From Bacteroidia bacterium (lineage in GTDB: Bacteria > Bacteroidota > Ignavibacteria > SZUA-365), in assembly GCA_027493955.1 (NCBI GenBank), contig JAOSJT010000001.1:261131-325130 (forward strand): 64,000 nucleotides of DNA, read 5' to 3'. Of this stretch, positions 29,276 to 41,319 are shown piece after piece. Numbering within the stretch: position 1 is the stretch's first letter; every line of letters begins with the position of its first letter. The position numbers and the translations under genes were made by a program. Below the pieces are notes generated by a model. That model ran no database searches. It was not told the origin of the DNA and saw only the letters and a program-made list of their open reading frames with translations.

Positions 29276-30403
29276 ATGAAATTTTCCGTCGTCAGCAGCG
29301 ATCTCCACAAGGCACTGTCGAAAATCATCAGTGTGGTGCCGTCGAAGTCCACGTTGCCCATTCTCGAGAGTGTGTTGTTCGAGCTGACCGGAAACGACCT
29401 GCGACTGACCGCGAGTGATTTGGAACTTTCGATGACGGTTTCCCTGCAGGTCCAGGGCGAGCAGGATGGTCGAATCGCCGTCCCGGCCAAGAAGCTGAAC
29501 GAGACGCTTCGGGCTCTGAGCGCAACGGATGTCCTGTTCACTGCGGATGAGGGCACCCGTCGTATCGGTATCAAAACTGATCAAGGCGAATATAAAATGG
29601 CCGGCGAGAGCGCATCCTCTTTTCCCGAGGCGCAGATACTCGAGGAGGATTTTTCTCTGCAGATCAAGGCCGATCTTCTGCGAGGGATTATTGCCAAAAC
29701 TGTGTATGCCGTAAGTACCGACGACCTCCGCCCGTCCATGATGGGGGTGTTGTTCCAGTGGCGCGGTGGTGAGTTCTACGCAGTTTCCACGGATGGCCAT
29801 CGTCTCGTCCGTATCCGTCATAAAGGCGAGCTTGCAGAAGCGCACAGCGGTGGTGATCGCGACGTCATCATTCCCGCCAAAGCGCTGAACGTGGTTTCGA
29901 AATCGCTGGGCGACGGTGACGTACATGTCGTATTCGGGCGCACGAACGTCCGTATAACCTTTGGAGACATGCTGCTTCTCTCGCGCATCATCGACGAGCG
30001 CTACCCGAACTACGAGAGCGTCATACCTCAGGAAAACGACAAGGTGCTTGAGGTGAACCGCGCGGCGCTTATCGCCGCAGTGCACCGCTGTTCGATTTTC
30101 TCGAACGCGATCACCAATCAGGTGCGCTTCGCCGTTTCCAAAGAAGAACTGCGTGTAGCGGCGGAGGATATCGATTTCGGCGGCGAAGCCCGCGAGACCA
30201 TCCCCGCCGTATTCAGCGACGATGATGAACTGGAAATTGGCTTCAACGCCCGTTACGTCTCCGAAGCGCTGCAGCATCTCGAGTCGGATGACGTGCATTT
30301 CCTGTTCAGCGCCTCCTCCCGTGCCGGACTTGTGCGTCCGAAACAGGAGGACCCCGATCTCGATATTCTCATGCTTGTCATGCCTTTGCGATTGAATGCC
30401 TGA
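29276..30403 (+). CDS. dnaN: DNA polymerase III beta sliding clamp
   Basis: 375 aa with three-domain repeat organisation. 'MKFSVVSSDLHKALSKIISVVPSKSTLPILESVLFEL' is the canonical DnaN N-terminus, and '...LVMPLRL' is the canonical C-terminus. Confidence 0.9.
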   Translation: MKFSVVSSDLHKALSKIISVVPSKSTLPILESVLFELTGNDLRLTASDLELSMTVSLQVQGEQDGRIAVPAKKLNETLRALSATDVLFTADEGTRRIGIKTDQGEYKMAGESASSFPEAQILEEDFSLQIKADLLRGIIAKTVYAVSTDDLRPSMMGVLFQWRGGEFYAVSTDGHRLVRIRHKGELAEAHSGGDRDVIIPAKALNVVSKSLGDGDVHVVFGRTNVRITFGDMLLLSRIIDERYPNYESVIPQENDKVLEVNRAALIAAVHRCSIFSNAITNQVRFAVSKEELRVAAEDIDFGGEARETIPAVFSDDDELEIGFNARYVSEALQHLESDDVHFLFSASSRAGLVRPKQEDPDLDILMLVMPLRLNA

Positions 30404-30405
30404 GC

Positions 30406-31539
30406 ATGCTTCTGAACCGTCTGCGTATCGCCAATTTTCGCAACCACTCTGCGACGGATATTGATTGTCCGGAAGGAACGCTGTTGCTGCTTGGTGAGAA
30501 CGGCGCGGGTAAAACGACCGTCCTTGAAGCGATTTCCCTGTTGTGCACCTCCCGCAGTTTTGTCACCCGGCAGGACAAGGGGCTGGTCGCCATCGGCGCT
30601 CAGCAATTCTCGCTCGAAGGAGCCTTTACCACTTCGACACGGAGCAGACGGCATGTGACCGTGGAATATCCCCTGGACCAGCGCAAGCGCATCGAAGTGG
30701 ACTTCACCCCGCTCGACGCCGCGTCGGATCTCATCGGCATGTTCCCCCTGGTGGCGCTCTCACCGCAACACCGCCCCATTACCTCTGGCGGTCCTGCGGA
30801 ACGAAGGGCCTTCATCGATTTCGTGCTTTCGCAGGTCCATCACAACTATCTCGAAGATCTGTTGACCTATCGGCGCGTCCTCAAGCAGCGCAACACCCTG
30901 CTCGCCGAGGCGGACGGCCGGCTGAGCGCCATTGCCGGCGTTATTGACGCCTGGGATCAGGCGCTTGCAGAATCCGGCGTGCGTATCCTCCGCAAGCGCG
31001 CGGAATTCATTGGGCAGTATCTCCCCTATGTGCATCAGTCCATGTCCGGTATCATCGAAGGACGGGAAAGTGTCGACATCAACTACGTCGGCAGCTGTAG
31101 CGCCGACATCACGTCCGGGGATGCCGCAGCGCAGTACCTGACCGAGCTAATCGAGCGCAGACCTTCGGACCTACGCCGGGGCGTCACCAGCATGGGGCCG
31201 CATCGCGACGATCTGTCCATCATGCTCAACGGTCTCGACGTACGGGCGCAGGCCTCGCAGGGTCAGCACAAGACCATTCTCATCGCCTTGAAAATCGCCG
31301 AGTATCATTATCTTGACGAGCATCTGGATGAGACCCCATTGCTGTTGCTGGACGACGTTTTCAGTGAGCTCGATGATGCGCGTCTCGACCGTGTGCTCGC
31401 TCTGACACAGGGACTCGGGCAAACCTTCATTACATCAGCACATACGAGTCTCCTCCATGTTTTGGACGGCGCACCCGGCGATCATCACGCGCTGCGCATC
31501 GAGAGTGGCGGCGTGTACAGACTGGCGGATGTGGCATGA
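30406..31539 (+). CDS. recF: DNA replication and repair protein RecF
   Basis: 'LRIANFRNH...LLLGENGAGKTTVLEAI' gives the Walker A. The signature/D-loop is 'LLLDDVFSELD'. It starts 3 nt after the dnaN stop. Confidence 0.9.
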   Translation: MLLNRLRIANFRNHSATDIDCPEGTLLLLGENGAGKTTVLEAISLLCTSRSFVTRQDKGLVAIGAQQFSLEGAFTTSTRSRRHVTVEYPLDQRKRIEVDFTPLDAASDLIGMFPLVALSPQHRPITSGGPAERRAFIDFVLSQVHHNYLEDLLTYRRVLKQRNTLLAEADGRLSAIAGVIDAWDQALAESGVRILRKRAEFIGQYLPYVHQSMSGIIEGRESVDINYVGSCSADITSGDAAAQYLTELIERRPSDLRRGVTSMGPHRDDLSIMLNGLDVRAQASQGQHKTILIALKIAEYHYLDEHLDETPLLLLDDVFSELDDARLDRVLALTQGLGQTFITSAHTSLLHVLDGAPGDHHALRIESGGVYRLADVA

Positions 31540-31829
31540 AGGGGTTGGGAAAAACATCCTCGCTCGCTAACGCCATGCACGCCGCACTGGAGAGGCGCGG
31601 AATGGACCGCCACGTCAGGGAGCAGCAGGTGTTGATCCGCTGGGTCGAGTATGTCGGCGAGGCGGTGGCCCGTCAGGCGACACCGAATCGTTTTCACGAT
31701 GGAGTACTCTGGCTTACAGTTCCTGATGCAACCTGGAGAATGGAGCTGCACAGCATGCGCAGGGAACTTCTGGAGAGAATCAATACCGCAGCCGGTGAAG
31801 AATTGGTTCGGGAAATACGGGTCCGGTGA
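31536..31829 (+). CDS. DUF721-family protein (DciA-like, helicase-loading factor candidate)
   Basis: 97 aa, overlapping the recF stop. 'VLIRWVEYVGEAVARQATPNRFHDGVLWLTVPDATWRMELHSMRRELLERIN' matches the DUF721 pattern, and its position immediately after recF is typical of that family. Confidence 0.65.
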   Translation: MKGLGKTSSLANAMHAALERRGMDRHVREQQVLIRWVEYVGEAVARQATPNRFHDGVLWLTVPDATWRMELHSMRRELLERINTAAGEELVREIRVR

Positions 31830-31837
31830 CAGCAACG

Positions 31838-33208
31838 ATGAACACAGCCATACACCAGGAAGACACCATCGCCGCCCTCGCCACACCACCGGGTGTGAGC
31901 GGGCTCGCGGTGATACGGGTGTCCGGCGCGGACGCGATCGACTGCGTCGCGGCGGTGTTCCGCGGCGGGGATCTACGGCAGGCTTCTTCGCACACCATGC
32001 ACCATGGACATGTCCTGAATCCGCAAGGCCATACCATCGACGAAGTACTTGCCGCAGTGTTTCGGGCCCCTCGCTCGTATACAGGAGAAAACAGCGTGGA
32101 AATCAGCTGCCACGGCGGGGCGACAGCATACAGGGCAGTGCTCGATCGGCTCTACGCGGCAGGGGTACGTCACGCCGAACCGGGCGAATTCACCCGCCGG
32201 GCCTTTCTCAATGGAAAAATGGATTTGTCGCAGGCGGAAGCTGTCGCCGATCTCATCCATGCACAAAGCGAGGATGCGCATCAGGCATCGGTCCGGCAAC
32301 TCGAGGGACGGCTGTCGAGCTTCGTCGAAGGAATCCGCTCTTCGTTATTACACTGTCTCGGTATGCTGGAACTGAGTCTGGATTTCGTCGAAGAGGATGT
32401 CGAATTTCTCACTGCCGAACGACTGCGCTCAGATATCGCACAGGCGGAAGCCAAACTGCGGGATGCTCTCGCCACCTTTCGCAGCGGGAGGATCATTCGC
32501 GAGGGTGTGAAAGTCGTGCTGCTCGGGAAGCCCAACGTCGGCAAATCCAGTCTTCTGAATGCCGTGCTCGGCACGCAGCGCGCAATCGTGACCGATGTAC
32601 CGGGCACCACGCGCGATTATATCGAAGAACAGATGATGCTGCACGGACGTCCGTTCCGCTTCGTTGATACGGCAGGGTTGCGCGAGACGCATGATCGAGT
32701 CGAACAACTCGGTATCTCCGCGAGCACGGAACAACTTCGCGACGCGGACATCGTATGCGGCATCATCGATGATCCTGCGGAGAGCGAAGGACTCGAGGTG
32801 CTGCGGAGCCTGGCTGCGGATATCGGAGCACGATGTATCGGCGTCCTGAACAAATGCGATCTCCACACGCATCCATTGGTAACGGATACAGACCTCGTCA
32901 GCATTTCGGCATTGCATGGAACCGGCCTGGATGTATTGCTTCAGCGGCTCGCCGATGTCGCCGCGAACATCGGCATGCTCCCTGCGTCCTACGAAGTCGT
33001 CGTTACGAACGTGCGGCATGCCGCGTGTATCGAGCGGGGGATCACCGCGCTGGGGCGGGCAGCATCTGCAGCGGAGGCGGGCCGGACGGAAGAATGCATC
33101 GCAGTCGAACTGCGGGAGGCCGCCGACGCCCTGGGCGAGATAATCGGCGTCGTTACCACGGACGATATTCTCAACGGGATCTTTTCCCGATTCTGCATTG
33201 GCAAATAA
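31838..33208 (+). CDS. mnmE: tRNA modification GTPase MnmE
   Basis: N-terminal 'DTIAALATPPG'. G-domain 'VVLLGKPNVGKSSLLN ... DTAGLRET ... NKCD'. Invariant C-terminal 'CIGK'. The start may instead be the GTG at 31826. Confidence 0.9.
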   Translation: MNTAIHQEDTIAALATPPGVSGLAVIRVSGADAIDCVAAVFRGGDLRQASSHTMHHGHVLNPQGHTIDEVLAAVFRAPRSYTGENSVEISCHGGATAYRAVLDRLYAAGVRHAEPGEFTRRAFLNGKMDLSQAEAVADLIHAQSEDAHQASVRQLEGRLSSFVEGIRSSLLHCLGMLELSLDFVEEDVEFLTAERLRSDIAQAEAKLRDALATFRSGRIIREGVKVVLLGKPNVGKSSLLNAVLGTQRAIVTDVPGTTRDYIEEQMMLHGRPFRFVDTAGLRETHDRVEQLGISASTEQLRDADIVCGIIDDPAESEGLEVLRSLAADIGARCIGVLNKCDLHTHPLVTDTDLVSISALHGTGLDVLLQRLADVAANIGMLPASYEVVVTNVRHAACIERGITALGRAASAAEAGRTEECIAVELREAADALGEIIGVVTTDDILNGIFSRFCIGK

Positions 33209-35230
<2,022 letters not shown>

Positions 35231-35231
35231 C

Positions 35232-36533
35232 ATGCGACACTCCCTGCTGACAGCGATTCTGCTGAGTTGCCTCATCGCCCCGGGCGCGTTGGGGCAGCCG
35301 GAACAACGTTTGAAATATGGGCAGCTCCTCTACGCGGAGGTTGTCCCCGGCCTGTCCGATAGCGCCGGTGTCGGACGTGCAGACCTGTTGCTTCGGGTGT
35401 CGTATGATTTCATGGTATTCGAACGCGGCAAAGACGCTGTCACCGATGCACCGTTTCATGGCGGTGTGGATGTGTCGGTCGATCTCCGCAGAGATGGGGT
35501 ATCTATCGGGTCCATGAATTTCGGTGCATCCACTGCGGCGAACGGCTATTCGGAAACAGATCGGCGGGATCAGTTTCTCCTGCTCCAGCGAACGCTGTTT
35601 CTGGAAGCGGGCGAATATTCCGCACTGATCGTCGTTTCGGACAGGGGTTCGACTCGTGAGAGCGCCATAAACAAGTCCTTCAGCATCAGGCGCTTCGACG
35701 CGCCAGCGTTGGGGACGCCGATCATTCTGGAAGTGGATTCCATGGCAGGGATGAGCGGCGCGTACGGCTACGCGGGATACCTGCCTTTCGCGAGACCAGC
35801 CGCTTTGGCTATCCCTTCCGAAGCCGGACGGGAAGGAGACTGGTATATCGTTCTCGAACGACGCGGCCGCACGCGCGAGATCGTGTTCGAGGGCCAGGTG
35901 CAGCCGACAGAGGTCGTGCGACGGAAGTCGCTTCGCCGCGCGGATGGAGTGGTGGAGGATTTCCGCTACACCGATTGTGCTTCCTGCGTCGGGCAATTCA
36001 CGCTCCTTGCCGTACCGAGCGAGAGCGCGGACACGGGGCCTTACACACTGCGCGTCATCTCCCGCTCCGGGGAATCGGCCGACACGATGACCGTCGACAC
36101 CGAGATATTCTGGCGTGACATGCCGTACTCGATGCGCGACATCGATTTCGCTATCGAGGCCATGCGGCATATTCTTACCCGCGAACAGCTCAAACAGATG
36201 AACGATGGCGATGAGAGCTACAAGCGTCAGCAGTTCCGTCGCTTCTGGAGCGAGCGCGACCCCACTCCCGGTACGGCTTTCAATGAAATGATGGCAGAAT
36301 ATTTCATCCGTTGTGATGACGCCTATTACAAATTCCAGACGCTCTACGAAGCGAACGGGATCACGACTGATCGTGGAAAGGTGTACATTCTCTTTGGCGC
36401 CCCGGAGGATACGGAACGGATATTTCGTAGCGGCGAACCCTCCATAGAGATATGGTCCTACCCGTCGTTGGGAAAGACGTTTCGCTTCGCGGACAGCCGG
36501 CAAAACGGAAACTACCGTCTGATGGAGGACTAA
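35232..36533 (+). CDS. Secreted GWxTD-domain protein
   Basis: Signal peptide. The C-terminal 'FWSERDPTPGTAFNEM...YEANGITTDRGKVYILFGAPED' matches the GWxTD family signature, with Ile in place of Trp. It starts 1 nt after the gyrB stop. Confidence 0.65.
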   Translation: MRHSLLTAILLSCLIAPGALGQPEQRLKYGQLLYAEVVPGLSDSAGVGRADLLLRVSYDFMVFERGKDAVTDAPFHGGVDVSVDLRRDGVSIGSMNFGASTAANGYSETDRRDQFLLLQRTLFLEAGEYSALIVVSDRGSTRESAINKSFSIRRFDAPALGTPIILEVDSMAGMSGAYGYAGYLPFARPAALAIPSEAGREGDWYIVLERRGRTREIVFEGQVQPTEVVRRKSLRRADGVVEDFRYTDCASCVGQFTLLAVPSESADTGPYTLRVISRSGESADTMTVDTEIFWRDMPYSMRDIDFAIEAMRHILTREQLKQMNDGDESYKRQQFRRFWSERDPTPGTAFNEMMAEYFIRCDDAYYKFQTLYEANGITTDRGKVYILFGAPEDTERIFRSGEPSIEIWSYPSLGKTFRFADSRQNGNYRLMED

Positions 36534-36534
36534 C

Positions 36535-37533
36535 ATGGATTTACCGATTATCGCTATATCTGCGGGTGACGTCAACGGCATCGGTCCCGAGGTGATACTC
36601 AAAGCCTTCGATCGCTCGGAATTGTTCGACGTGTGTATTCCGGTCGTATACGGTCCCGCCGCGGCGTTCGAGTGGTATGCGCATCGCCTGGGCTTACAGC
36701 ATATTCCCGTCGACGCGGTACGCACTCCCGCGACGGCGCAGCAGGGTCGTTTGAATATGGTGGATCTCGGCTCACATTTTCAGGCGGCGGAAATCGGCAA
36801 GCCGACACCGTTGTCCGGAAAAGCGAGCCTGGACGCAGTGCGGGCCGCGTTTGACGACGTGTTCGCGAAACGGGCGGACGCCTTGGTAACCGCTCCGATC
36901 TCCAAGGAGGCCATCGGTTTGGCGGGAAGCGGATATCACGGACACACCGAAATGCTTGCGGATTTCTGCGGTTGTGGAGACGACGTCATCATGATCCTCT
37001 CCGGCAACACGATGAAGGTCGGACTCGTCACCGTGCACATGCCCGTCAGCGCCATCGCGCCGGCATTGACACGGCAGGCGGTCGAACGTACCCTGCGGCT
37101 GGGTCTCCGGGCAATGACGACGGATTTCGGCGTGGATAATCCCCGGCTCGCCGTCCTGGCGCTCAATCCTCATGCCGGAGATGGCGGCTACCTCGGCAGC
37201 GAGGAGCGCGACATCATCATTCCGGCCATCGAAGCGATGCGCGACGAAGCCGGAAGCATCGAGGGACCGTTCGCAGCGGATGGTTTTTTCTCCACGCACA
37301 ACAAGACCCTGTACGATCTCATCATCGCGATGTATCACGACCAGGGCCTCATCCCGTTCAAAATGCAGGCGCAGGGCCGGGGTGTGAATGTCAGCTGCGG
37401 TTTGCCGATAGTCCGCACATCACCGGACCATGGTACTGCGTACGGAATCGCCTCCCATGGGCTTGCAAGTGCCGAGAGTATGAAGGAAGCCGTTCTCGCG
37501 GCGCGGCGCATCGCCCTGAACAGACGTCAATAA
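36535..37533 (+). CDS. pdxA: 4-hydroxythreonine-4-phosphate dehydrogenase
   Basis: 'IAISAGDVNGIGPEVILKA', 'HGHTEML', 'ALNPHAGDGG', 'MYHDQGLIPFK' and 'RTSPDHGTA' are all PdxA hallmark blocks. Confidence 0.85.
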   Translation: MDLPIIAISAGDVNGIGPEVILKAFDRSELFDVCIPVVYGPAAAFEWYAHRLGLQHIPVDAVRTPATAQQGRLNMVDLGSHFQAAEIGKPTPLSGKASLDAVRAAFDDVFAKRADALVTAPISKEAIGLAGSGYHGHTEMLADFCGCGDDVIMILSGNTMKVGLVTVHMPVSAIAPALTRQAVERTLRLGLRAMTTDFGVDNPRLAVLALNPHAGDGGYLGSEERDIIIPAIEAMRDEAGSIEGPFAADGFFSTHNKTLYDLIIAMYHDQGLIPFKMQAQGRGVNVSCGLPIVRTSPDHGTAYGIASHGLASAESMKEAVLAARRIALNRRQ

Positions 37534-37551
37534 ACGGAGGACCGCCGACTC

Positions 37552-38208
37552 ATGATCGAATTCCACAATGTCCGGTTGACGCTCGCCAACCAGCACATCT
37601 TCGATCACGCAAATCTCGTGATATCGGAGGCGGAGTTCGTCTATGTGATCGGTGAGACGGGTATCGGGAAGAGTTCCTTTCTGCGCCTGTTGTATATGGA
37701 TCTGCTCCCATCCTTCGGTCGCGTACGCATCGGCGGCTATGATTCCTCCATCATCACAAAGCATCAGATCCCGTACCTTCGAAGAACACTCGGAATCGTT
37801 TTCCAGGATTATCGCCTGCTGGACGACAGAAACGTGTACGAGAACATCGCGTTCGCACTTCATGCCACGGGCGCCAGACGGCAGATCATTCCCACCAAGG
37901 TGCACAGTCTCCTTGCGGAGGTGGGTCTCTCGTCGAAGGAATTCGCCATGCCCGACGACCTCTCCGGCGGCGAACGCCAGCGTGTGGCAATAGCCAGAGC
38001 GCTCGTGAACGATCCGGTGATTCTTTTGGCCGATGAACCGACGGGCAATCTCGATCCGTCGGCGTCGCGGGATATTCTCGCCATTTTCGACCGCGTGAAC
38101 CGCAGGGGTACGGCCATCATTATGGCCACGCATGATTACAGTCTCCTCGCGCAGCGGCCGGGGCGGGTGATCAAAATCCAGAACAGAAATTTTTACGACG
38201 TTGTCTGA
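37552..38208 (+). CDS. ftsE: Cell-division ABC ATPase FtsE
   Basis: 218-aa ABC ATPase with no TM domain. 'IEFHNVRL' start. Walker A 'GETGIGKSS', signature 'LSGGERQRVAIARAL', Walker B 'ILLADEPTGNLD'. The length and start are typical of FtsE. No ftsX follows it. Confidence 0.75.
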   Translation: MIEFHNVRLTLANQHIFDHANLVISEAEFVYVIGETGIGKSSFLRLLYMDLLPSFGRVRIGGYDSSIITKHQIPYLRRTLGIVFQDYRLLDDRNVYENIAFALHATGARRQIIPTKVHSLLAEVGLSSKEFAMPDDLSGGERQRVAIARALVNDPVILLADEPTGNLDPSASRDILAIFDRVNRRGTAIIMATHDYSLLAQRPGRVIKIQNRNFYDVV

Positions 38209-39985
38209 CACGCGACACGTGCAGCCCGGATTTTTGGCGCCGGAGGAAGTGCCGCTTCACGCCTATCAGATCGCGGACACCGATTTTGTGGTGTGCGATG
38301 TCGAGACCACCGGCTTGTCGCCTGAGCGCAATCGTCTGACCGAAATCGCATTGGTCAGAATTCGCGGGGGCGAGATCGTGGATCGCTATTCCTCCCTCAT
38401 CAATCCCCGGCAGTTCATTCCTCCCGAAATCACCCGCCTGACCGGCATCAGCAATGAGATGGTGTACGCCGCGCCGGAGGCGACGGAGGTCCTGCCGGTG
38501 GTCAAACGTTTTATCGGCGACGCGGTGTTCGTCGGACACAATGTACGCTTCGATCGTTCCTTCGTGGATGCTTCGCTGTTGCGTATCGGAGGAGCAGCCC
38601 TGCAATCACCTATGCTCTGTACGGCACGTCTCGCACGGCGGCTGATGCCCAAGAAATCGCGGGCGTCGCTCGGCGTTCTTGCCGCGCAGTACGGCATCCG
38701 CATCAACAACCGGCACCGCGCGGGTGGAGATGCCGAGGCCACCGCCCGCTTGCTGCTGTTGTTCCTGAATACCCTCGAAGAAGAATTTGATATCACGGAA
38801 CTCGGCGACGTACTTTCGTTTCAGAACAGGCAGATTTATCGCATTACGGGTGCTCCGAAGTACTACACGAGACTGGAACAGCAGCTTGCCGAGCTGCCGC
38901 ATACGCCGGGAGTGTATTTTTTTCATGGGAAAAAGGGCGAAATACTGTATATCGGCAAGGCGCGTAATCTGAAACAGCGTGTCAGTTCGTACTTCTATCA
39001 CAATATCGGTCACACGGAAAAAATCCGGCGCCTGCTCCGTTCCGTACACGGCATTTCATGGAAACAGACGGAAACGGAGCTCTCCGCGTTGCTCAGCGAA
39101 TCGCGTCTGATCAAACAACATCAGCCCGATTACAACACGCAGCTCAAACGCTATCGCCGTTATCCGTTCATTCGCATCTCTGTGCAGGACGACTGGCCGC
39201 GAGTGGACTGGTGCTACGACATACGCGACGATGGTGCGGAATACTTCGGACCGTTCCGCAGCCGCTTTGCGGTGGAGGACGCGCTCGACAGCATCAACAA
39301 ACTGTTCGGCCTGCGGGAATGTGGCGGAACGATTCGTCCCGATCCCGCGATCAATCCCTGTCTGTATTATGACATCAAACGCTGTGCCGCACCCTGCGCC
39401 GCCCTCGTCAGCAGAGAGGAATACGCGCGTGAGGTGGGTGACGTCATGCGTTTCATGCAGGGTGAGCACGACGAGGTGATGCTGCGTTTCCGGGACCGCA
39501 TGAAGACAAAATCCGATGCGCTGGATTTCGAGGGAGCCGCGGTGCTGCGCGATCGCATCTCCGCGCTCGAGCGTATGATACGGCAACAGCGCGTCATGGT
39601 GCATTCCGTTCGCAAGCAGAATCTCGCCATCGTCACGCTTGCCCGGGGCAGCAATGTCGAAGTGCACTTCATAAAGGGCGGCATGCTCGCGGCACAGTTT
39701 CTGGTCGATCAGAAGCGCATGGTGAAAAAGGATTTACTCGATGCGCTCCGGGATATTTACGCCGGGCGACAGACCGAACTCTTTGGCGGTCGCATCGAGG
39801 ATATAGACGAAATGCGCATCATCGCATCCTGGTGCCTCACGCGGCGCGACGAATCCACGTACGTGGACATCGACACCTTCCCGAAATCCGACGATGCGCT
39901 GGAGCCGCTGTGCGACACCATCCGAAATGCCGGAATGATGATTACCGAGGACAGCGACTCTGCGAGCGGGGAGCTGGGAGCGTAG
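38201..39985 (+). CDS. DnaQ-like 3'-5' exonuclease fused to a GIY-YIG nuclease domain (Pol III epsilon/Cho-like fusion)
   Basis: Exo I 'FVVCDVETTGL', Exo II 'FVGHNVRFDRSF' and Exo III 'HRAGGDAEATARLL' give a DEDDh exonuclease. Then comes 'PGVYFFHGKKGEILYIGKARNLKQRVSSY', a GIY-YIG core like the UvrC N-terminus. The start is a TTG at 38201 overlapping the ftsE stop, or a GTG at 38219. Confidence 0.75.
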   Translation: MSDTRHVQPGFLAPEEVPLHAYQIADTDFVVCDVETTGLSPERNRLTEIALVRIRGGEIVDRYSSLINPRQFIPPEITRLTGISNEMVYAAPEATEVLPVVKRFIGDAVFVGHNVRFDRSFVDASLLRIGGAALQSPMLCTARLARRLMPKKSRASLGVLAAQYGIRINNRHRAGGDAEATARLLLLFLNTLEEEFDITELGDVLSFQNRQIYRITGAPKYYTRLEQQLAELPHTPGVYFFHGKKGEILYIGKARNLKQRVSSYFYHNIGHTEKIRRLLRSVHGISWKQTETELSALLSESRLIKQHQPDYNTQLKRYRRYPFIRISVQDDWPRVDWCYDIRDDGAEYFGPFRSRFAVEDALDSINKLFGLRECGGTIRPDPAINPCLYYDIKRCAAPCAALVSREEYAREVGDVMRFMQGEHDEVMLRFRDRMKTKSDALDFEGAAVLRDRISALERMIRQQRVMVHSVRKQNLAIVTLARGSNVEVHFIKGGMLAAQFLVDQKRMVKKDLLDALRDIYAGRQTELFGGRIEDIDEMRIIASWCLTRRDESTYVDIDTFPKSDDALEPLCDTIRNAGMMITEDSDSASGELGA

Positions 39986-40066
39986 AGAGCAGCGAGGGTA
40001 CAGTGAAGAAGAAAGGGGTAGTCTCGTGTACTGCGGGGATATCCACCGATACACGGCATCGTCGGT

Positions 40067-40456
40067 TCACCACAGCAGCACAAGTACAATCACTCCGTTG
40101 ATCGCATGCGCAGCATAGCAAAGCGCGCAGGGCTTCCGCAGTACGAACAACAGGATGATCGTGAGATAGACCGATATACCGAACGACACGGCGGCGCCGA
40201 GCGTGATCAGCGTTTCCGACCAGGAGGGCAGTGGGAGGAGTATTCCGATCACCGACCAGAGCAGGAGCACGAAATACCAGACAATGCCGATGCGTGCGTT
40301 GGGTATGCCGGCGAACAATGCCGCCTGGGGCGCCTGTGTCACAGTATCACACTGGCTACCGATGTCAGGGTCAGTGGGGCACATGCTTCGTTGCCGTCTG
40401 AGCGCGGCAATGGAAACGAAGAGACCAGCGGTGGCGAGAAGAGACATATCGATCAT
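40067..40456 (-). CDS. VKOR (vitamin K epoxide reductase)-family membrane protein
   Basis: 130 aa from the internal ATG. It has a loop Cys pair 'CPTDPDIGSQC', then 'ALFAGIP', then a TM-embedded 'CALC'. That arrangement matches bacterial VKOR/DsbB-analog proteins. Confidence 0.55.
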   Translation of the reverse strand: MIDMSLLATAGLFVSIAALRRQRSMCPTDPDIGSQCDTVTQAPQAALFAGIPNARIGIVWYFVLLLWSVIGILLPLPSWSETLITLGAAVSFGISVYLTIILLFVLRKPCALCYAAHAINGVIVLVLLW

Positions 40457-40692
40457 GGTGGTACAACCCTCTTTCCTGTCAGAAGGGTTCCGGGTTGTTA
40501 CATCCCGTGCATGGTACGCCCGCCCGCGCACCAACGTGCGCGGTGCTCTTGCATTTTCCGCCATCAAAGCGTACGTTGCACTGATAAAGCACATGATTAT
40601 CCGATGAAAAGACGACGACACAGCTACCCGCGCATGACGCGAATACCTTGGAACTGCGATGACGCCTGTTTGCACAGTACTGGAGAACGGAC

Positions 40693-41115
40693 ATGCCTGA
40701 CGCCAGCGCCTTCATGGCGAAGGACAGCCCTCCGAGTACCGAAGCCCTGAAAACCGTCCTCGCGGACACATACGGTCTGTGGGAGCGGCTTCGTGCCGAG
40801 GTATTGACACGCTATCCGAAAGCCGTGGAGGAATGGAGTTTTCCGGGAAAAACCTTCGGCTGGAGTTTTCGCGTCAAGGACAGCAAGCGTGTGATCGTCT
40901 ACATGCTCCCTCGTGAGGGGTATTTCAAAGCGGCGTTCAATTTCGGCCAGCGGGCGGTGGATGAAATCATGGGATCCGGGGTCGCTCCTTCGATCAAGGA
41001 GGAGCTCGCCGCAGCGCGGGTGTATGCCGAGGGACGCGGAATCCGTATCGACGTACGGAAAAAGCGCGACCTGCAAGACGTACTGACGCTCGTCGAGATC
41101 AAGCTGCGTTGTTGA
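40693..41115 (+). CDS. Small cytoplasmic protein of unknown function (possibly DUF3788-like)
   Basis: 140 aa, with no TM or signal. The family guess is from memory of the 'KTFGWSFRVKD' style motif only. Confidence 0.35.
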   Translation: MPDASAFMAKDSPPSTEALKTVLADTYGLWERLRAEVLTRYPKAVEEWSFPGKTFGWSFRVKDSKRVIVYMLPREGYFKAAFNFGQRAVDEIMGSGVAPSIKEELAAARVYAEGRGIRIDVRKKRDLQDVLTLVEIKLRC

Positions 41116-41319
41116 TGCGGTACACTTGTCCATACCCTCTCCGCATGACGCTGCATCCGATAGAGATGGATAGCGGATTGAACATCACAACGAATTGTGA
41201 TTGCCGTTCTGAAAACGAAAGGAAGGTCCACGATAACGGCGGTGTGCTCCGAATGCTGAAGACACGGCCGATTCCGCCCTGACTGCCTGAGACTCGCGTA
41301 ATGCAAATAGGATCCCGTT

